Counted from the first letter of the stretch, positions 1 through 14,448 are shown. The stretch: DNA of 64,000 nt from Anaerolineae bacterium (GCA_042408195.1 JBHOQL010000072.1:24032-88031); one strand, 5' to 3'. Notes: generated from the letters alone by a model not told the origin. Numbers and translations: made by a program.

Positions 1-1
1 G

Positions 2-565
2 CCGGTGGAAGTGACTCTGATGGAAGGAAAAGGTAACCTCATTCTCACCGGCCAGCTTGGGGAGGTAATGCAAGAATCGGCTCAGGCGGCTCTATCCTAT
101 GCACGTTCCAAGGCCCGAGAACTGGGTATTCCCAATTGGAACTTTGACCGGCTTGATATCCACATTCATGTGCCCGAGGGAGCCATCCCCAAAGATGGAC
201 CCTCGGCCGGGGTTACCATCGCTATTGCCCTTATCTCCGCCCTTTCCAACCGGCCAGTCCACAAGGACGTGGCTATGACTGGTGAAATTACCCTTAGAGG
301 GAAGATCTTACCTATAGGGGGAGTCAAAGAAAAGGTCCTGGCTGCCCACCGGGCAGGAGTCAAGACTATTATCCTGCCCAAGAAGAACAAGAAGGACCTG
401 GTGGAGATACCTCTCAAGATACGCCGACAGCTTAAGTTCATTTTCGTGGAGAGGATGGAGGAAGTGTTGCCAGTAGTTCTGGCCCCTGAACCTATAGCCC
501 CCCCGCCCCTGCTTCAGCAGCAAGAGGGGAAGAGGCGTAACTCCTCCAGGAGAACCCGGGCTTAA
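2..565 (+). CDS. lon: Lon (La) ATP-dependent protease, C-terminal protease domain; 5' end lies outside the window
   Basis: [17 protein letters not shown] (catalytic Ser) and [20 protein letters not shown] (catalytic Lys); frame is open to the window edge. Confidence 0.97.
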   Translation, partial: PVEVTLMEGKGNLILTGQLGEVMQESAQAALSYARSKARELGIPNWNFDRLDIHIHVPEGAIPKDGPSAGVTIAIALISALSNRPVHKDVAMTGEITLRGKILPIGGVKEKVLAAHRAGVKTIILPKKNKKDLVEIPLKIRRQLKFIFVERMEEVLPVVLAPEPIAPPPLLQQQEGKRRNSSRRTRA

Positions 566-580
566 AGAGGAAAGAGGCCG

Positions 581-1861
581 GTGGAATTTTTAAAAGCCTT
601 TAAAATCAGGGACTTCAGAGCCTTGTGGATTGGTCAGTTCATCTCCCAAATAGGGGATTATCTGGCCCTCATCGCTGCTTTAGTCGTAATCCAGAAACTA
701 TCGGGTTCTGTCCTGTGGCTTGGATTTACTGCTATGGCTCTGACTCTCCCCCAGCTCCTCTTTGGTTTGGTGGGGGGAGTCATGGCCGATCGCTTTGACC
801 GAAAGAAAGTTATGGTGGCATCGGACATCCTGAGGGGAATGGCGATTCTCCTCCTCATCGGAGCTAAGAGCCCTCGCGAGCTTTTCCTTTTTCCCCTTGT
901 GGGTTGCTTCATGTCCGTTGCCGGGGCCTTTTTTGGCCCGGCCCGCAATGCCGTTATCCCCAGCATCGTCTCCAGAGATATGCTACTAACAGCCAATGGC
1001 CTTTTACAGGCCAGCCAGATGCTGGCAATCATAGTGGGTTCCTCTCTGGCTGGCCTAATTATAGCCACCCTTGGCCCAGCCTCCGCTTTTATCTTAGACA
1101 GCCTCACCTTTTTCGTTTCCGCCTGGCTCATTTTCACTCTCCAGATCCCTCCTGTAAACAATTCCGGTCCCAGAGAGGGCATAATATGGCCTCAACTAAA
1201 GGAAGGGTTGAGTTACATAAAAAAGCACAGACCGATCCTCTTAATTTTGGTTGTGGCTTCGGTGGCAACTCTGAGCCTGGGAAGCATCGCCGTCCTGGGG
1301 GTGGCATACGTGGAAAAGTACCTGGGAGTAAGTGCGGAGAGATTCGGCTTCCTCAACTCCGTTCAAGGGATTGGGATGGTGGTCGGCGGGCTATCCTTGG
1401 GGTTTTTCTCTCGCTTCGCTTCTACCCATTACCTGGCAAGCACGGCTATGATCGCCCTAGGGGTGGCCATTCTTTTCTTTGCCTTTTCCTCCCGGTTCGA
1501 AGCAGCCTTGCTTTTGGCGGCCATCATAGGGGTTTGCGTGGTAGTGGCTAGGGCAGCTCTGGCTGCTATCCTCCAAGCTACAGTCCCCGATGAGAAAAGA
1601 GGGCGGGTTGAAAGCACCGTCAATACTTCTATAAGCCTTTCAACAACCTTGGCGATGGGTTTTTCTGGCCTGTTAGGGGCAATCCTTGGGGTTAGGATGG
1701 TTTTCTCCCTGGCAGCATTAGGGGTAGCATCAGCCGGGATCCTGATCCTGCTGACCCTTAAGGAATCTCTGAGCCAGCAAAGCCCCCAAATAAGCAAAGC
1801 TTCCCCCTGTGAGGACCCACCGGAAGCCGAAGGAAAGGGCCAACATCGCCGCTCCAATTGA
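581..1861 (+). CDS. MFS transporter (DHA3/macrolide-efflux-like)
   Basis: About 12 hydrophobic segments, motif A GVMADRFDRKKVM, N-terminal RDFRALWIGQFISQIGD; 3' tail overlaps the convergent gene. Confidence 0.9.
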   Translation: MEFLKAFKIRDFRALWIGQFISQIGDYLALIAALVVIQKLSGSVLWLGFTAMALTLPQLLFGLVGGVMADRFDRKKVMVASDILRGMAILLLIGAKSPRELFLFPLVGCFMSVAGAFFGPARNAVIPSIVSRDMLLTANGLLQASQMLAIIVGSSLAGLIIATLGPASAFILDSLTFFVSAWLIFTLQIPPVNNSGPREGIIWPQLKEGLSYIKKHRPILLILVVASVATLSLGSIAVLGVAYVEKYLGVSAERFGFLNSVQGIGMVVGGLSLGFFSRFASTHYLASTAMIALGVAILFFAFSSRFEAALLLAAIIGVCVVVARAALAAILQATVPDEKRGRVESTVNTSISLSTTLAMGFSGLLGAILGVRMVFSLAALGVASAGILILLTLKESLSQQSPQISKASPCEDPPEAEGKGQHRRSN

Positions 1862-4105
1862 GCTTACCACCGAAAGGGAACCGTTAACGCCCCAAGCCCA
1901 AGGCACGATTTCGGGCCATTGCTTTCCCACCTCCCTGATCCCCCTGGGAAAAGGTATGCCCATTAAGAAGCCCAGAGGCGAAAGGAGCAAACCCGCCAGG
2001 ATCAGGCGAAGGCCCAAAGGCAACCCTATAAGGCCCGGAAGGATCTTCTCAAGTCCCCACGGGTAAGCGAAAGCCAGGGCCGAAACGGCCAATAAAGAGG
2101 CCCTCCACGGTGCTTTCCCTGAAAAATAGCTCCCTATTCCCGAGGAAACTAACAAGGAAGCCACCACCACGGAAAAAGCGTAGATGGGCCTATCCAGGAA
2201 GAGGATGAACTTCTGGATGAGAGGCACCTCCACCAAAATGTAGCCAGCACCCAGTAGGCCGAAGTAGGCCAGGACTCCTGCCCAAGTTCCAGATGGAATT
2301 TTGCTAGGAAAATGGGCCAACCTCAAAGGGAGGATAATAAGGGTGAAAGCGGCAAAAACAGCCAACCCCAAAAGGATAAGAAGGACCAGATAGCCACTTC
2401 CTCCGAAGGGCATCCAGACTTTCCCCATCATCCTTAGGATGTAGGGGGTCTGGACCCATCGGAAGAAGTGGAAGAAGAAAGGACGATCATCGGTGGGGGG
2501 AGATATATCAAAGGGGTAAGCCTTTATGAAAGCATCCCTTTTCTCCAGCAATTCTATGAAAGCTCGGTAATGATATGGTTCGGGCAGGATATTGTAAACG
2601 TTGGCCTCCTCTTCCTTCATGCCTTTATAGTAAACCAGGTCAAATCTGCCTCGGCAGAAAGCCTTGACCAATTCGATCTCTTCTGGCGTGAAGGGCCTTT
2701 TCCCCACCAGGATGAGGACTGTCGCCCAGCTTCTCAGGGCTATCAAATGGTAAGAGGGATCCTCAATCCTCGCTCTTTCTAAAGCCTTAATGGCCAGAGC
2801 CGCAACCTTAAGGCTCTCGCTGGGAGGGACCTGAAACCAGCGGTGCACTGCCAGGATTCCGTCGTCCTTAAGGTGACGGAGGTAATCCTCAAAGGCTTCC
2901 AGTGTATAGAGGTAATTCTCCGAAAGGCTATATGCTCCGGAGGTTATTACTCGCCGGCTATCGGCCAGGCTCAGTACTATTAGATCATACTTTTCCTCAG
3001 TGCTCTTGAGGAAACTCCTTCCTTCCACACTCACAATCTTCACTGAAGGATGGGAGTATATCTTCCCCGAAAATTCTCCGAGGAGCTCTTGCACGGTCCA
3101 CACCACCAGTGGGTTTCCCTCTACCGCTGTGATGTGGGAAGCACCTTTCCTGAGGGCAGTCAGGACCTCAAACCCTCCCCTTGATTCTAATACCAAGACT
3201 TTGGCCTGTGGTCGCAGTAAGTAAGGCAGAGCCGAGGGGGTATGATCCAGGAATTCCAAGTCCGATGGGGAAGTAACAGGGGAGGGATCGCTTCCATCAA
3301 TGAAAATAGCTTTCTGCGGGGGGAATTTGCCCCTAAAGGAGAGGCTGAGGCCCGGAGCCGAGTGGAAGGAAGGCATTTCTACGACATCCGCTCTGGAAAA
3401 GGCGTTCCAGCGGCGCAGGAGAAGTTCTGTGCCCTTTTGGTTCAAGGCCAGAGATAGGTCCTTGTAGGGGGAAAGCTTTATTTCAAAGAAGGAGGGAGGC
3501 CTGAGTGCAAGACCCAGCAAGAGCAAGCCCGGGATAAGGGCGATGGCTTTCCGTCCCCTCTTTAAACTGTGAAGCCAACCCGGGATGCCCAGGAAGGCAC
3601 AGATTGCCACTGAGCCTTCTCCTCCCACAGCCGGTATTACCACTAAGGGCAGTATACACCCCAAGGCTGAACCCAAGAAGCTTGCCGCGTAGAGGGTGGC
3701 GGAATGGGCAGGGAAAACCGCCAGGCTTGCTCCTACCGTAAATCCGCTCCAGAAGAAGGGCAGGGAAATGGATAAAAAGTAAACCAGAAGGTATAAATAC
3801 TGGACTGGTTCCCACGCAATGCGGTAAGAATCAAAGGGGATGAAATTGGCCCCCAGATACGAAAGTAGCACACTTAGGGAGAAGGCCAGGCCCGCCCAAG
3901 GGATGAATTCAGGCAGGCGCCTTTTGAAAGATAAAGGAGCGATATGCAGAAAAGAGCCACTGGCTCCTATCCCCAAAAGGGCTAAGCTTATGGCCATGAA
4001 GGCGAAATGATACCACTGGGCTAGGGAGAAAATTCTGGTCAGAGTTACCTGGAAGGCCAGCGAACCTGCCGAGACGAAAAATAGCGTTGTGTAAATTACA
4101 CCCAC
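1730..4105 (-). CDS. Membrane protein with central spermidine-synthase-like SAM-dependent domain
   Basis: TM blocks at both ends; central VLVLESRGG, VEGNP, EGRSFL, YDLI, ENYLYTLEAF and PTDDRPFFF motifs. Confidence 0.85.
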   Translation of the reverse strand: MGVIYTTLFFVSAGSLAFQVTLTRIFSLAQWYHFAFMAISLALLGIGASGSFLHIAPLSFKRRLPEFIPWAGLAFSLSVLLSYLGANFIPFDSYRIAWEPVQYLYLLVYFLSISLPFFWSGFTVGASLAVFPAHSATLYAASFLGSALGCILPLVVIPAVGGEGSVAICAFLGIPGWLHSLKRGRKAIALIPGLLLLGLALRPPSFFEIKLSPYKDLSLALNQKGTELLLRRWNAFSRADVVEMPSFHSAPGLSLSFRGKFPPQKAIFIDGSDPSPVTSPSDLEFLDHTPSALPYLLRPQAKVLVLESRGGFEVLTALRKGASHITAVEGNPLVVWTVQELLGEFSGKIYSHPSVKIVSVEGRSFLKSTEEKYDLIVLSLADSRRVITSGAYSLSENYLYTLEAFEDYLRHLKDDGILAVHRWFQVPPSESLKVAALAIKALERARIEDPSYHLIALRSWATVLILVGKRPFTPEEIELVKAFCRGRFDLVYYKGMKEEEANVYNILPEPYHYRAFIELLEKRDAFIKAYPFDISPPTDDRPFFFHFFRWVQTPYILRMMGKVWMPFGGSGYLVLLILLGLAVFAAFTLIILPLRLAHFPSKIPSGTWAGVLAYFGLLGAGYILVEVPLIQKFILFLDRPIYAFSVVVASLLVSSGIGSYFSGKAPWRASLLAVSALAFAYPWGLEKILPGLIGLPLGLRLILAGLLLSPLGFLMGIPFPRGIREVGKQWPEIVPWAWGVNGSLSVVSSIGAAMLALSFGFRWVLTGGSFAYLGALLAQRFLKGQQDQDPG

Positions 4106-4115
4106 AGGTTCCGCT

Positions 4116-5306
4116 CTACATCCTCATTATTTCCAAGACCATCTCTGCATAGATTTCAGCAGCAGCAAGGACATCTTCTATCCGGATCCTCTCATCGGGA
4201 GAGTGGGCCCACTGCTCATCCCCGGGGCCAAATCCGATGGTGGGGATGCCCGCTTTGCCCATAGTGTAAGCCCCATCTGTGGAAAACTTCCAGCAGCCGA
4301 CGGGAGGCTTGAGGCCGAGAACTTTCTCCACAGCCCGCAAGCCCGCCTGTACCAAAGGATGGCTCTGGGGTATGAACCAGGCAGGATAGTATTCCCTGAC
4401 CTTCCAAGTGTATCCGGTGTAGCTGCGGGCCTCATATTCGTTTACAGCGATTTCGGCTTCGGCCCCTTCCCTTATAACGATGCTGCGGATTTCGGCCAGG
4501 GCTTTGGCTTCCGTCTCCCCCAGAGTCAGCCTCCGGTCTACATAGAAAGAGCAAATGGGAGGGACAGCATTGCGGCTTGGGGATTCGCTCTTTATCCAGG
4601 TCACAGCCGCCGAGCCTTTCCCCAGAAAAGCATCATTTAGGAACTGGGGTGACATAAGCTCTATCCCGAAGATTATCCTGGCGGCGGAGTAAATGGCATT
4701 CAAGCCAAGTTCAGGAGCGGAAGCATGGCAAGCTTTCCCTTTGGTGGTGACGATTATACCCATGCGTCCCCGGTGTCCTTGGATTATCCGTAGGGAAGAA
4801 GGCTCACCAATTACCGCATAGTCGGGGACGACGCCCTCTTCTTTCAGAAAGATTTCGAGGGCAGTTCCCTCTGCAGGTTCCTCCTGAACTACACCTACAA
4901 AGTAGACCGTGCCGGGGATGTGAGCCCCGGCCTTCAGAAGAGCCCCAAGCCCATAGACCATAGAAGCCAGTCCTCCTTTCATATCCGAAGCGCCGAGCCC
5001 GTAGAGGAACCCGCCCTCTATTTGCCCGCCGTAGGGATCATAGGTCCAGCGGGAAATGTCTCCTGCCTCCACTGTATCCATATGCCCGTCCAGCAAAATT
5101 ACAGGCCTTCCTCCCGTGCCAAGTTTACCTATTACATTACCCACTTTATCTACCCTCACCTCAGGAAAGCCTAGGCGCTCCATTTCCTCTACCATCCTCT
5201 GGGCTATAAGGCCTTCCTGGCCGGGAGGGCTCGGAATCATTACCAGGTCCCTAAGGAAATTTACCAGAGCTTTCTGGTCTGAAGGTGAAAGCCAGGGCAT
5301 TCCCAT
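4116..5306 (-). CDS. M20 family metallohydrolase (YgeY/ArgE/DapE-like)
   Basis: DGHMDTV, GASDMKGG, QEE, GEP, FSTDG and AHSPDE motifs. Confidence 0.9.
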   Translation of the reverse strand: MGMPWLSPSDQKALVNFLRDLVMIPSPPGQEGLIAQRMVEEMERLGFPEVRVDKVGNVIGKLGTGGRPVILLDGHMDTVEAGDISRWTYDPYGGQIEGGFLYGLGASDMKGGLASMVYGLGALLKAGAHIPGTVYFVGVVQEEPAEGTALEIFLKEEGVVPDYAVIGEPSSLRIIQGHRGRMGIIVTTKGKACHASAPELGLNAIYSAARIIFGIELMSPQFLNDAFLGKGSAAVTWIKSESPSRNAVPPICSFYVDRRLTLGETEAKALAEIRSIVIREGAEAEIAVNEYEARSYTGYTWKVREYYPAWFIPQSHPLVQAGLRAVEKVLGLKPPVGCWKFSTDGAYTMGKAGIPTIGFGPGDEQWAHSPDERIRIEDVLAAAEIYAEMVLEIMRM

Positions 5307-5312
5307 CCTCCT

Positions 5313-6737
5313 TCAGTAAGCTCCTTCGCTTGTGATCACTTTGGGGATGGTGCGCAATAGGATTTTCAGGTCCAGCATAGGTGACCAGTTTTCAATGTAA
5401 TAGAGGTCCAATAGAACCATCTCGTCAAACGAGAGCAAGCTCCTTCCGCTCACCTGCCAGAGACCAGTCATCCCCGGGGAAACAGCGAGGCGTTTCTTAT
5501 GCCACTCCTTGTACTGAGCCACCTCTGAGGGAAGAGGAGGCCTTGGGCCTACAAGGCTCATATCCCCTTTTAGGACATTATAGAGCTGGGGTAGTTCGTC
5601 CAAGCTAAAGCGTCGTAAGATCCTGCCGACCCTCGTGCAGCGGGGATCGTTTTTGATCTTAAAGATAGGACCATCTACCTCGCTCAGCGCTCTGAGGCGT
5701 TCCTGCTCTTCCTCGGCTCCTCCTTTCATAGACCTGAACTTGTACATCACAAATTCTTTTCCGCCTTTTCCAACCCTAACCTGCTTGAACAGGACGGGCC
5801 CTGGAGAATCCAGCTTGATAACGAGGGCTATTATGAGCATCAAAGGCAAGAGCACAATTAAAACCACCGAAGCGATGACCAGATCCATCGCCCTTTTGAC
5901 CAGCCTTTCCCACCGTCGGAAGGCCAGGGGCTTTATACTGATGAGGGGGAGACCACTCAAGTCATCCACCTCAATCTGACTCAGACTCATCTGGAAAAAA
6001 TCAGGAACGATCTTAGCCTTGACGTTGTAGCGCTCACACTGTTCCATTATGCCCATGATTTTCCGGTGGTACATCCAAGGTAGCGTGATTATGACCTCGT
6101 CCACAGCCTCTTCCCGGACAATCTGGGGTATTTTCTCCAAATCGCCAAGCCCTTTGAAGCGTCCTATGTATCCATATCCCTTCTCCGGGTTATCGTCCAC
6201 GAATCCCACTATATAGTATCCCAAATGAGGCTGGGCCAGGATATTGCGCATAACTTTTCGCCCTATATCACCGGCACCCACGATGAGGACGCGGGTAACC
6301 CCTATACCTCTCTTCCGCAATAACCCGAGGATTAAATTCCTGAAAACCCGGGCCAGACTCAAGAGCACTACGGTGAACGCAAAGACATATATAAGGAGCA
6401 GCCGAGAGTAAAAGAGCGGCCTGTAGAAGAAGAAAATTGCCACCAAGAACAGAACTCCAGCGGCAGTCCCGGTGAAAATGGTGATAAATTCATCGGAAAG
6501 GGATTTCATACGCTCATAATTGTAGAGCTTCTGGCCGAAATATGTAAGCATGAGAATAAAGGAAAGTATCAGAGAGAATGGGAGATAGAACCGATAAGGC
6601 ACGTAGTGGGCTTCTGCTACAGGCTTTATCCACTCAAGCTCATAGCGGATCCAATAAGCGAGGGCGAACGCAATGTTTATGAAAAGAAGATCGGCCAGAG
6701 CTGTGAAAAAAGCTACTTTCTGGTGAAATTTCTTCAT
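5313..6737 (-). CDS. Polyprenyl glycosylphosphotransferase (WcaJ-like initiating sugar transferase)
   Basis: N-terminal TMs, VLIVGAG Rossmann-like domain, KFRSM, DPRCT, SLDELPQL, GPRP, GMTGLWQV. Confidence 0.93.
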   Translation of the reverse strand: MKKFHQKVAFFTALADLLFINIAFALAYWIRYELEWIKPVAEAHYVPYRFYLPFSLILSFILMLTYFGQKLYNYERMKSLSDEFITIFTGTAAGVLFLVAIFFFYRPLFYSRLLLIYVFAFTVVLLSLARVFRNLILGLLRKRGIGVTRVLIVGAGDIGRKVMRNILAQPHLGYYIVGFVDDNPEKGYGYIGRFKGLGDLEKIPQIVREEAVDEVIITLPWMYHRKIMGIMEQCERYNVKAKIVPDFFQMSLSQIEVDDLSGLPLISIKPLAFRRWERLVKRAMDLVIASVVLIVLLPLMLIIALVIKLDSPGPVLFKQVRVGKGGKEFVMYKFRSMKGGAEEEQERLRALSEVDGPIFKIKNDPRCTRVGRILRRFSLDELPQLYNVLKGDMSLVGPRPPLPSEVAQYKEWHKKRLAVSPGMTGLWQVSGRSLLSFDEMVLLDLYYIENWSPMLDLKILLRTIPKVITSEGAY

Positions 6738-7876
6738 GCCAGAAGCCTCCTTTCAGCTAAGGCCTCTCTGTAAATGTTGACGGTTTTGCGAGCCATTTGT
6801 TCCCAAGAAAACATCTTTGCGCGCCTAAGCCCTTTCTCCCTGAGTCTTTCGCGCTCCTGGTGATTGGTCAAAAGAGCTGATAGGGCTTCGGCCATTGCAT
6901 CGGGATCGGTAGGGGCAACCAGGATCCCTCCATCTCCTAAAACTTCCGGGAGGCTTGCTGCGTTGGATGCTACAACGGGAGTGCCACAGGCCATCGCTTC
7001 TAAGGGGGGCAGACCAAACCCCTCGTAAAGAGATGGATAAACGAAAACCTCCGCAGCATTGTACCAGTAGACCTTTTCCTCTTGAGGGATAAAACCAGGC
7101 AGGAGAACATCCCCTTCAAGACCGAACCTTTCTATAGCTTCCAGAACCGGCTTGTACCCCCAGCCTAGTCCGCCAGCCAGGACTAACTTTACCCCTTCCT
7201 TCCTGAGCTTACGATATGCTTCAAGGAGTCGGACCAGGTTCTTACGGGGCTCGAGGGTGCCAAGGAAAAGGATGAAGCGCTCGGGAAGGCCTTTCCTCCT
7301 GCGGAACTCTTCAGCCTCCTGAGGAGGCAATGGCCTTAGAGTTTCATCGCACCCGCAGTAAACTACTTTAACTTTTCCCTCGTCCACCTTCATGAGCTTT
7401 ACAAGATCCCTTTTCGTGTTCTCTGAGATAGCTATAATTCTGCATGCCTTCCTGACCGAAATCCTGGTGAAGAGAGAAAGGTAGATCCTGTTCCAAAACT
7501 TGAAACTTTCAGGAAAGAGGAGGAAACTCAAGTCGTAAAGCGTAACTATGAAAGGGCAGGGCGAAAGAATGGGCCCCACAAAGGCTAGGCTGTGCAAGAG
7601 TTCAACCCCTTCTCTCAGAAGGGCCAAAGGCTGAAGGGTCTGCTCCCAGAAGATCCTGATCAGCGGATTAGCGGTGGGAAGGGAAGTGAAACGCATTACA
7701 ATTCCGGGAAAGTGGGCTTTCCTCTCTCCAAGGAAAGCTATATATTTACCTTCCCCATCCACCAGCGGCAGAAACCTAAGGAGGTTGTATATGTATTGAT
7801 TGATGCCTGCCCCCCTGTAGCTTTGAGTCAGAGAAAGTAAATGGGCATTAAGGCCTACAGTATAATGGTCCAACAC
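6734..7876 (-). CDS. Glycosyltransferase family 4
   Basis: GTLEPRKN and YPSLYEGFGLPPLEAMACGTPV motifs; 4-bp overlap with the downstream gene. Confidence 0.93.
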   Translation of the reverse strand: MLDHYTVGLNAHLLSLTQSYRGAGINQYIYNLLRFLPLVDGEGKYIAFLGERKAHFPGIVMRFTSLPTANPLIRIFWEQTLQPLALLREGVELLHSLAFVGPILSPCPFIVTLYDLSFLLFPESFKFWNRIYLSLFTRISVRKACRIIAISENTKRDLVKLMKVDEGKVKVVYCGCDETLRPLPPQEAEEFRRRKGLPERFILFLGTLEPRKNLVRLLEAYRKLRKEGVKLVLAGGLGWGYKPVLEAIERFGLEGDVLLPGFIPQEEKVYWYNAAEVFVYPSLYEGFGLPPLEAMACGTPVVASNAASLPEVLGDGGILVAPTDPDAMAEALSALLTNHQERERLREKGLRRAKMFSWEQMARKTVNIYREALAERRLLA

Positions 7877-8037
7877 ACCTCACCTCTTAGGGCTAATTCT
7901 ATTATACCACAATCCAGCGGCGGAAAAAGGCGAGCAGCAAACAAGGGGTTAATCCTATTCTTCTTGTCCGAAAGACAACCCATACCTGCCCAACAACTCG
8001 CTGACAAATCATGCATGCACCTGAGGTGGGTTTTGAT

Positions 8038-8066
8038 TTGACAGGAGGGAAGGTTGTGTGTATAAT
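8038..8066 (+). promoter_or_regulatory. rrn promoter P1 (sigma70 consensus)
   Basis: TTGACA (8038-8043), 17 bp, TATAAT (8061-8066). Confidence 0.85.
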
Positions 8067-8166
8067 TAAAAACGAGAGTGGGTGCAGTTGGCACTTTGAC
8101 AGCATAGATGTACACGCTCAATGACTGAGTGAGGTGGAGGAGAAAGGGGTAACGGGCTGACTAGAC

Positions 8167-8195
8167 TTGACAAGGGTTTGAAGTTGCAGTATAAT
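8167..8195 (+). promoter_or_regulatory. rrn promoter P2 (sigma70 consensus)
   Basis: TTGACA (8167-8172), 17 bp, TATAAT (8190-8195); followed by boxA-like TGCACCTTAACA at 8208-8219. Confidence 0.85.
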
Positions 8196-8280
8196 ATATA
8201 TAGACAATGCACCTTAACAGTTGAATAGTGGTAGGAAGGCAAGGCAGGCAAGCGGCTTATTAGAAGCTAGGAAAATTCTC

Positions 8281-9818
<1,538 letters not shown>

Positions 9819-9970
9819 AAGGAGCTTTAAGCTCCTAGGTCAACCCTGTCCTTGACCTTCCTGCCACTATTCAGGAGTTAAGGGTAGCCTGGCCTGAGGC
9901 CAGGTTGTTTTATGTCCTTTGGCACCTTAAAAGCTGAATAGGATGGGTAAAGTAGGAGCCGGGTATCCCG

Positions 9971-12973
<3,003 letters not shown>

Positions 12974-13035
12974 CTTAAAAACCCGCTCCGAAATCCCATC
13001 CTATTCAGCTTTTAGGGTGTCAAAGGAAAAAAAGT

Positions 13036-13157
13036 TCCCCTAGTGACCATAGCGGCGGGGAAACACCCGGTCCCATTCCGAACCCGGAAGTTAAGCCCGC
13101 CAGCGCCGATGATACTGGGGGCGCGAGCCCCTGGGAAAGTAGGTCGTTGCTAGGGGA
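13036..13157 (+). rRNA. rrf: 5S rRNA
   Basis: CACCCGGTCCCATTCCGAACCCGGAAGTTAAG, GATGATACT and GGGAAAGTAGGTCG; complementary ends. Confidence 0.98.
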
Positions 13158-14448
13158 ACTTTTTTTGTTCCCAACTTATCCGCCTGAACTTCCTTACGTC
13201 AGCTCCTCCCGGAATTGTGGCATCAATCCCCATCTTGGCCGTCAGGGTTTTCTGACCCGGAAAATGCTTCGCTGAAGGATCCAGAGAGCTGCCAGGCTGA
13301 TCCTTCAACACTATAAGTCCTTTGTCTGCCTGGAACCGTGTGGCTATGGCCCATTCAACCTCTTCCATCCGGTCAATATCTATGTCTTCATCCACAATTA
13401 CCACGTGCTTGAGGGAAGGATGCCCCCTGAAAGCCGCCTCTATCGCTTTCAAACCGTCATCGGGGTCTTTCTTGCGGATTTTTACCACCGCATGAAGCCA
13501 GCGCATCCCACCAGGGGTGACCCTTACATCAAGACACTCCGTTACTTCATTTACAGCAGCGAAGATAGTGGGCTCCCTTGGTATCCCCATAAGCATGCGG
13601 TGTTCTGCTCCTCCCGGAAGAAGCGCGTGGTAAATGGGCCTTTTCCTGTGCGTTATTAGGTCCACTTCCAGAACAGGTTGCTCACGGACGTAATCCCAGG
13701 TCTGGGTGAGATCTATGAAAGGACCTTCAGGGGCTAATTTTTTAGTGAGGCGTCCCTCTAACACAATCTCAGCGCATGCTGGAACTTCCAGGTTCTTGGT
13801 CAAGCAGCGGGCCAGTGGTGTGGGAAAAAGAGCATTGGCTATGGAAAGTTCGTCTATTCCTTTTTGTGGGGACATGGATGCAGCTAGAAGGACATGCACT
13901 GGTAGTCCTATCACTATGGCGATTTCCAGATCCCCTGGCACCTTGCTCCAAGCTGTGTGGGTTCCTCGCCCTTCCACTACTCTGGCCACGAAACGCCTTT
14001 CGTCTATAAGCATTAAACGATGGAAGGAGGCATTGCGGCCATAGTCTGGATCCTTTATTATAGCTACTCCTGCCGTCACATACGGCCCGCCATCATCGGA
14101 TAGATGCTTTAGGATGGGGAGCTTAGCGAGATCTACCCTTTCCTCCACCACTTCCTGGCAGGGGGGATTTTCCACGATAGGTGGTTCAACTGGATTTTCC
14201 ATCGCTCTCACCAGCGACTGGATCAGCTCCTGAGATTTTACATTTAGAGCCATGGCTATAAATTCCCTCTTAGCACACAAGCCTGAGACCACTTCGGTTT
14301 CGTACCCTGGGATATTCTTGAAGAGCAGAGGGATTTCCTGGTGGGCAGCTATAATTTGGGCCATTTCCAGATAAGGTGAAACGGGCTCTTCAACTTCTTT
14401 AAGAAGTGCCTGGCTTTTAAGTAGGGCGATGAACTCCCTCAGATCCAT
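13150..14448 (-). CDS. UbiD-family prFMN-dependent decarboxylase, short archaeal-like type (candidate anhydromevalonate phosphate decarboxylase)
   Basis: RNASFHRL, EIVLEG, EGPF, AFRGHPSLKHVVIVDEDIDI, ATRFQAD, SSLDPS, KMGIDAT. Confidence 0.9.
   Translation of the reverse strand: MDLREFIALLKSQALLKEVEEPVSPYLEMAQIIAAHQEIPLLFKNIPGYETEVVSGLCAKREFIAMALNVKSQELIQSLVRAMENPVEPPIVENPPCQEVVEERVDLAKLPILKHLSDDGGPYVTAGVAIIKDPDYGRNASFHRLMLIDERRFVARVVEGRGTHTAWSKVPGDLEIAIVIGLPVHVLLAASMSPQKGIDELSIANALFPTPLARCLTKNLEVPACAEIVLEGRLTKKLAPEGPFIDLTQTWDYVREQPVLEVDLITHRKRPIYHALLPGGAEHRMLMGIPREPTIFAAVNEVTECLDVRVTPGGMRWLHAVVKIRKKDPDDGLKAIEAAFRGHPSLKHVVIVDEDIDIDRMEEVEWAIATRFQADKGLIVLKDQPGSSLDPSAKHFPGQKTLTAKMGIDATIPGGADVRKFRRISWEQKKFP

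Noticed and set aside
9819-9970. tRNA in the 16S-23S spacer
   Set aside because: No T-loop GTTCGA or cloverleaf; the space is taken by processing strands and short hairpins.
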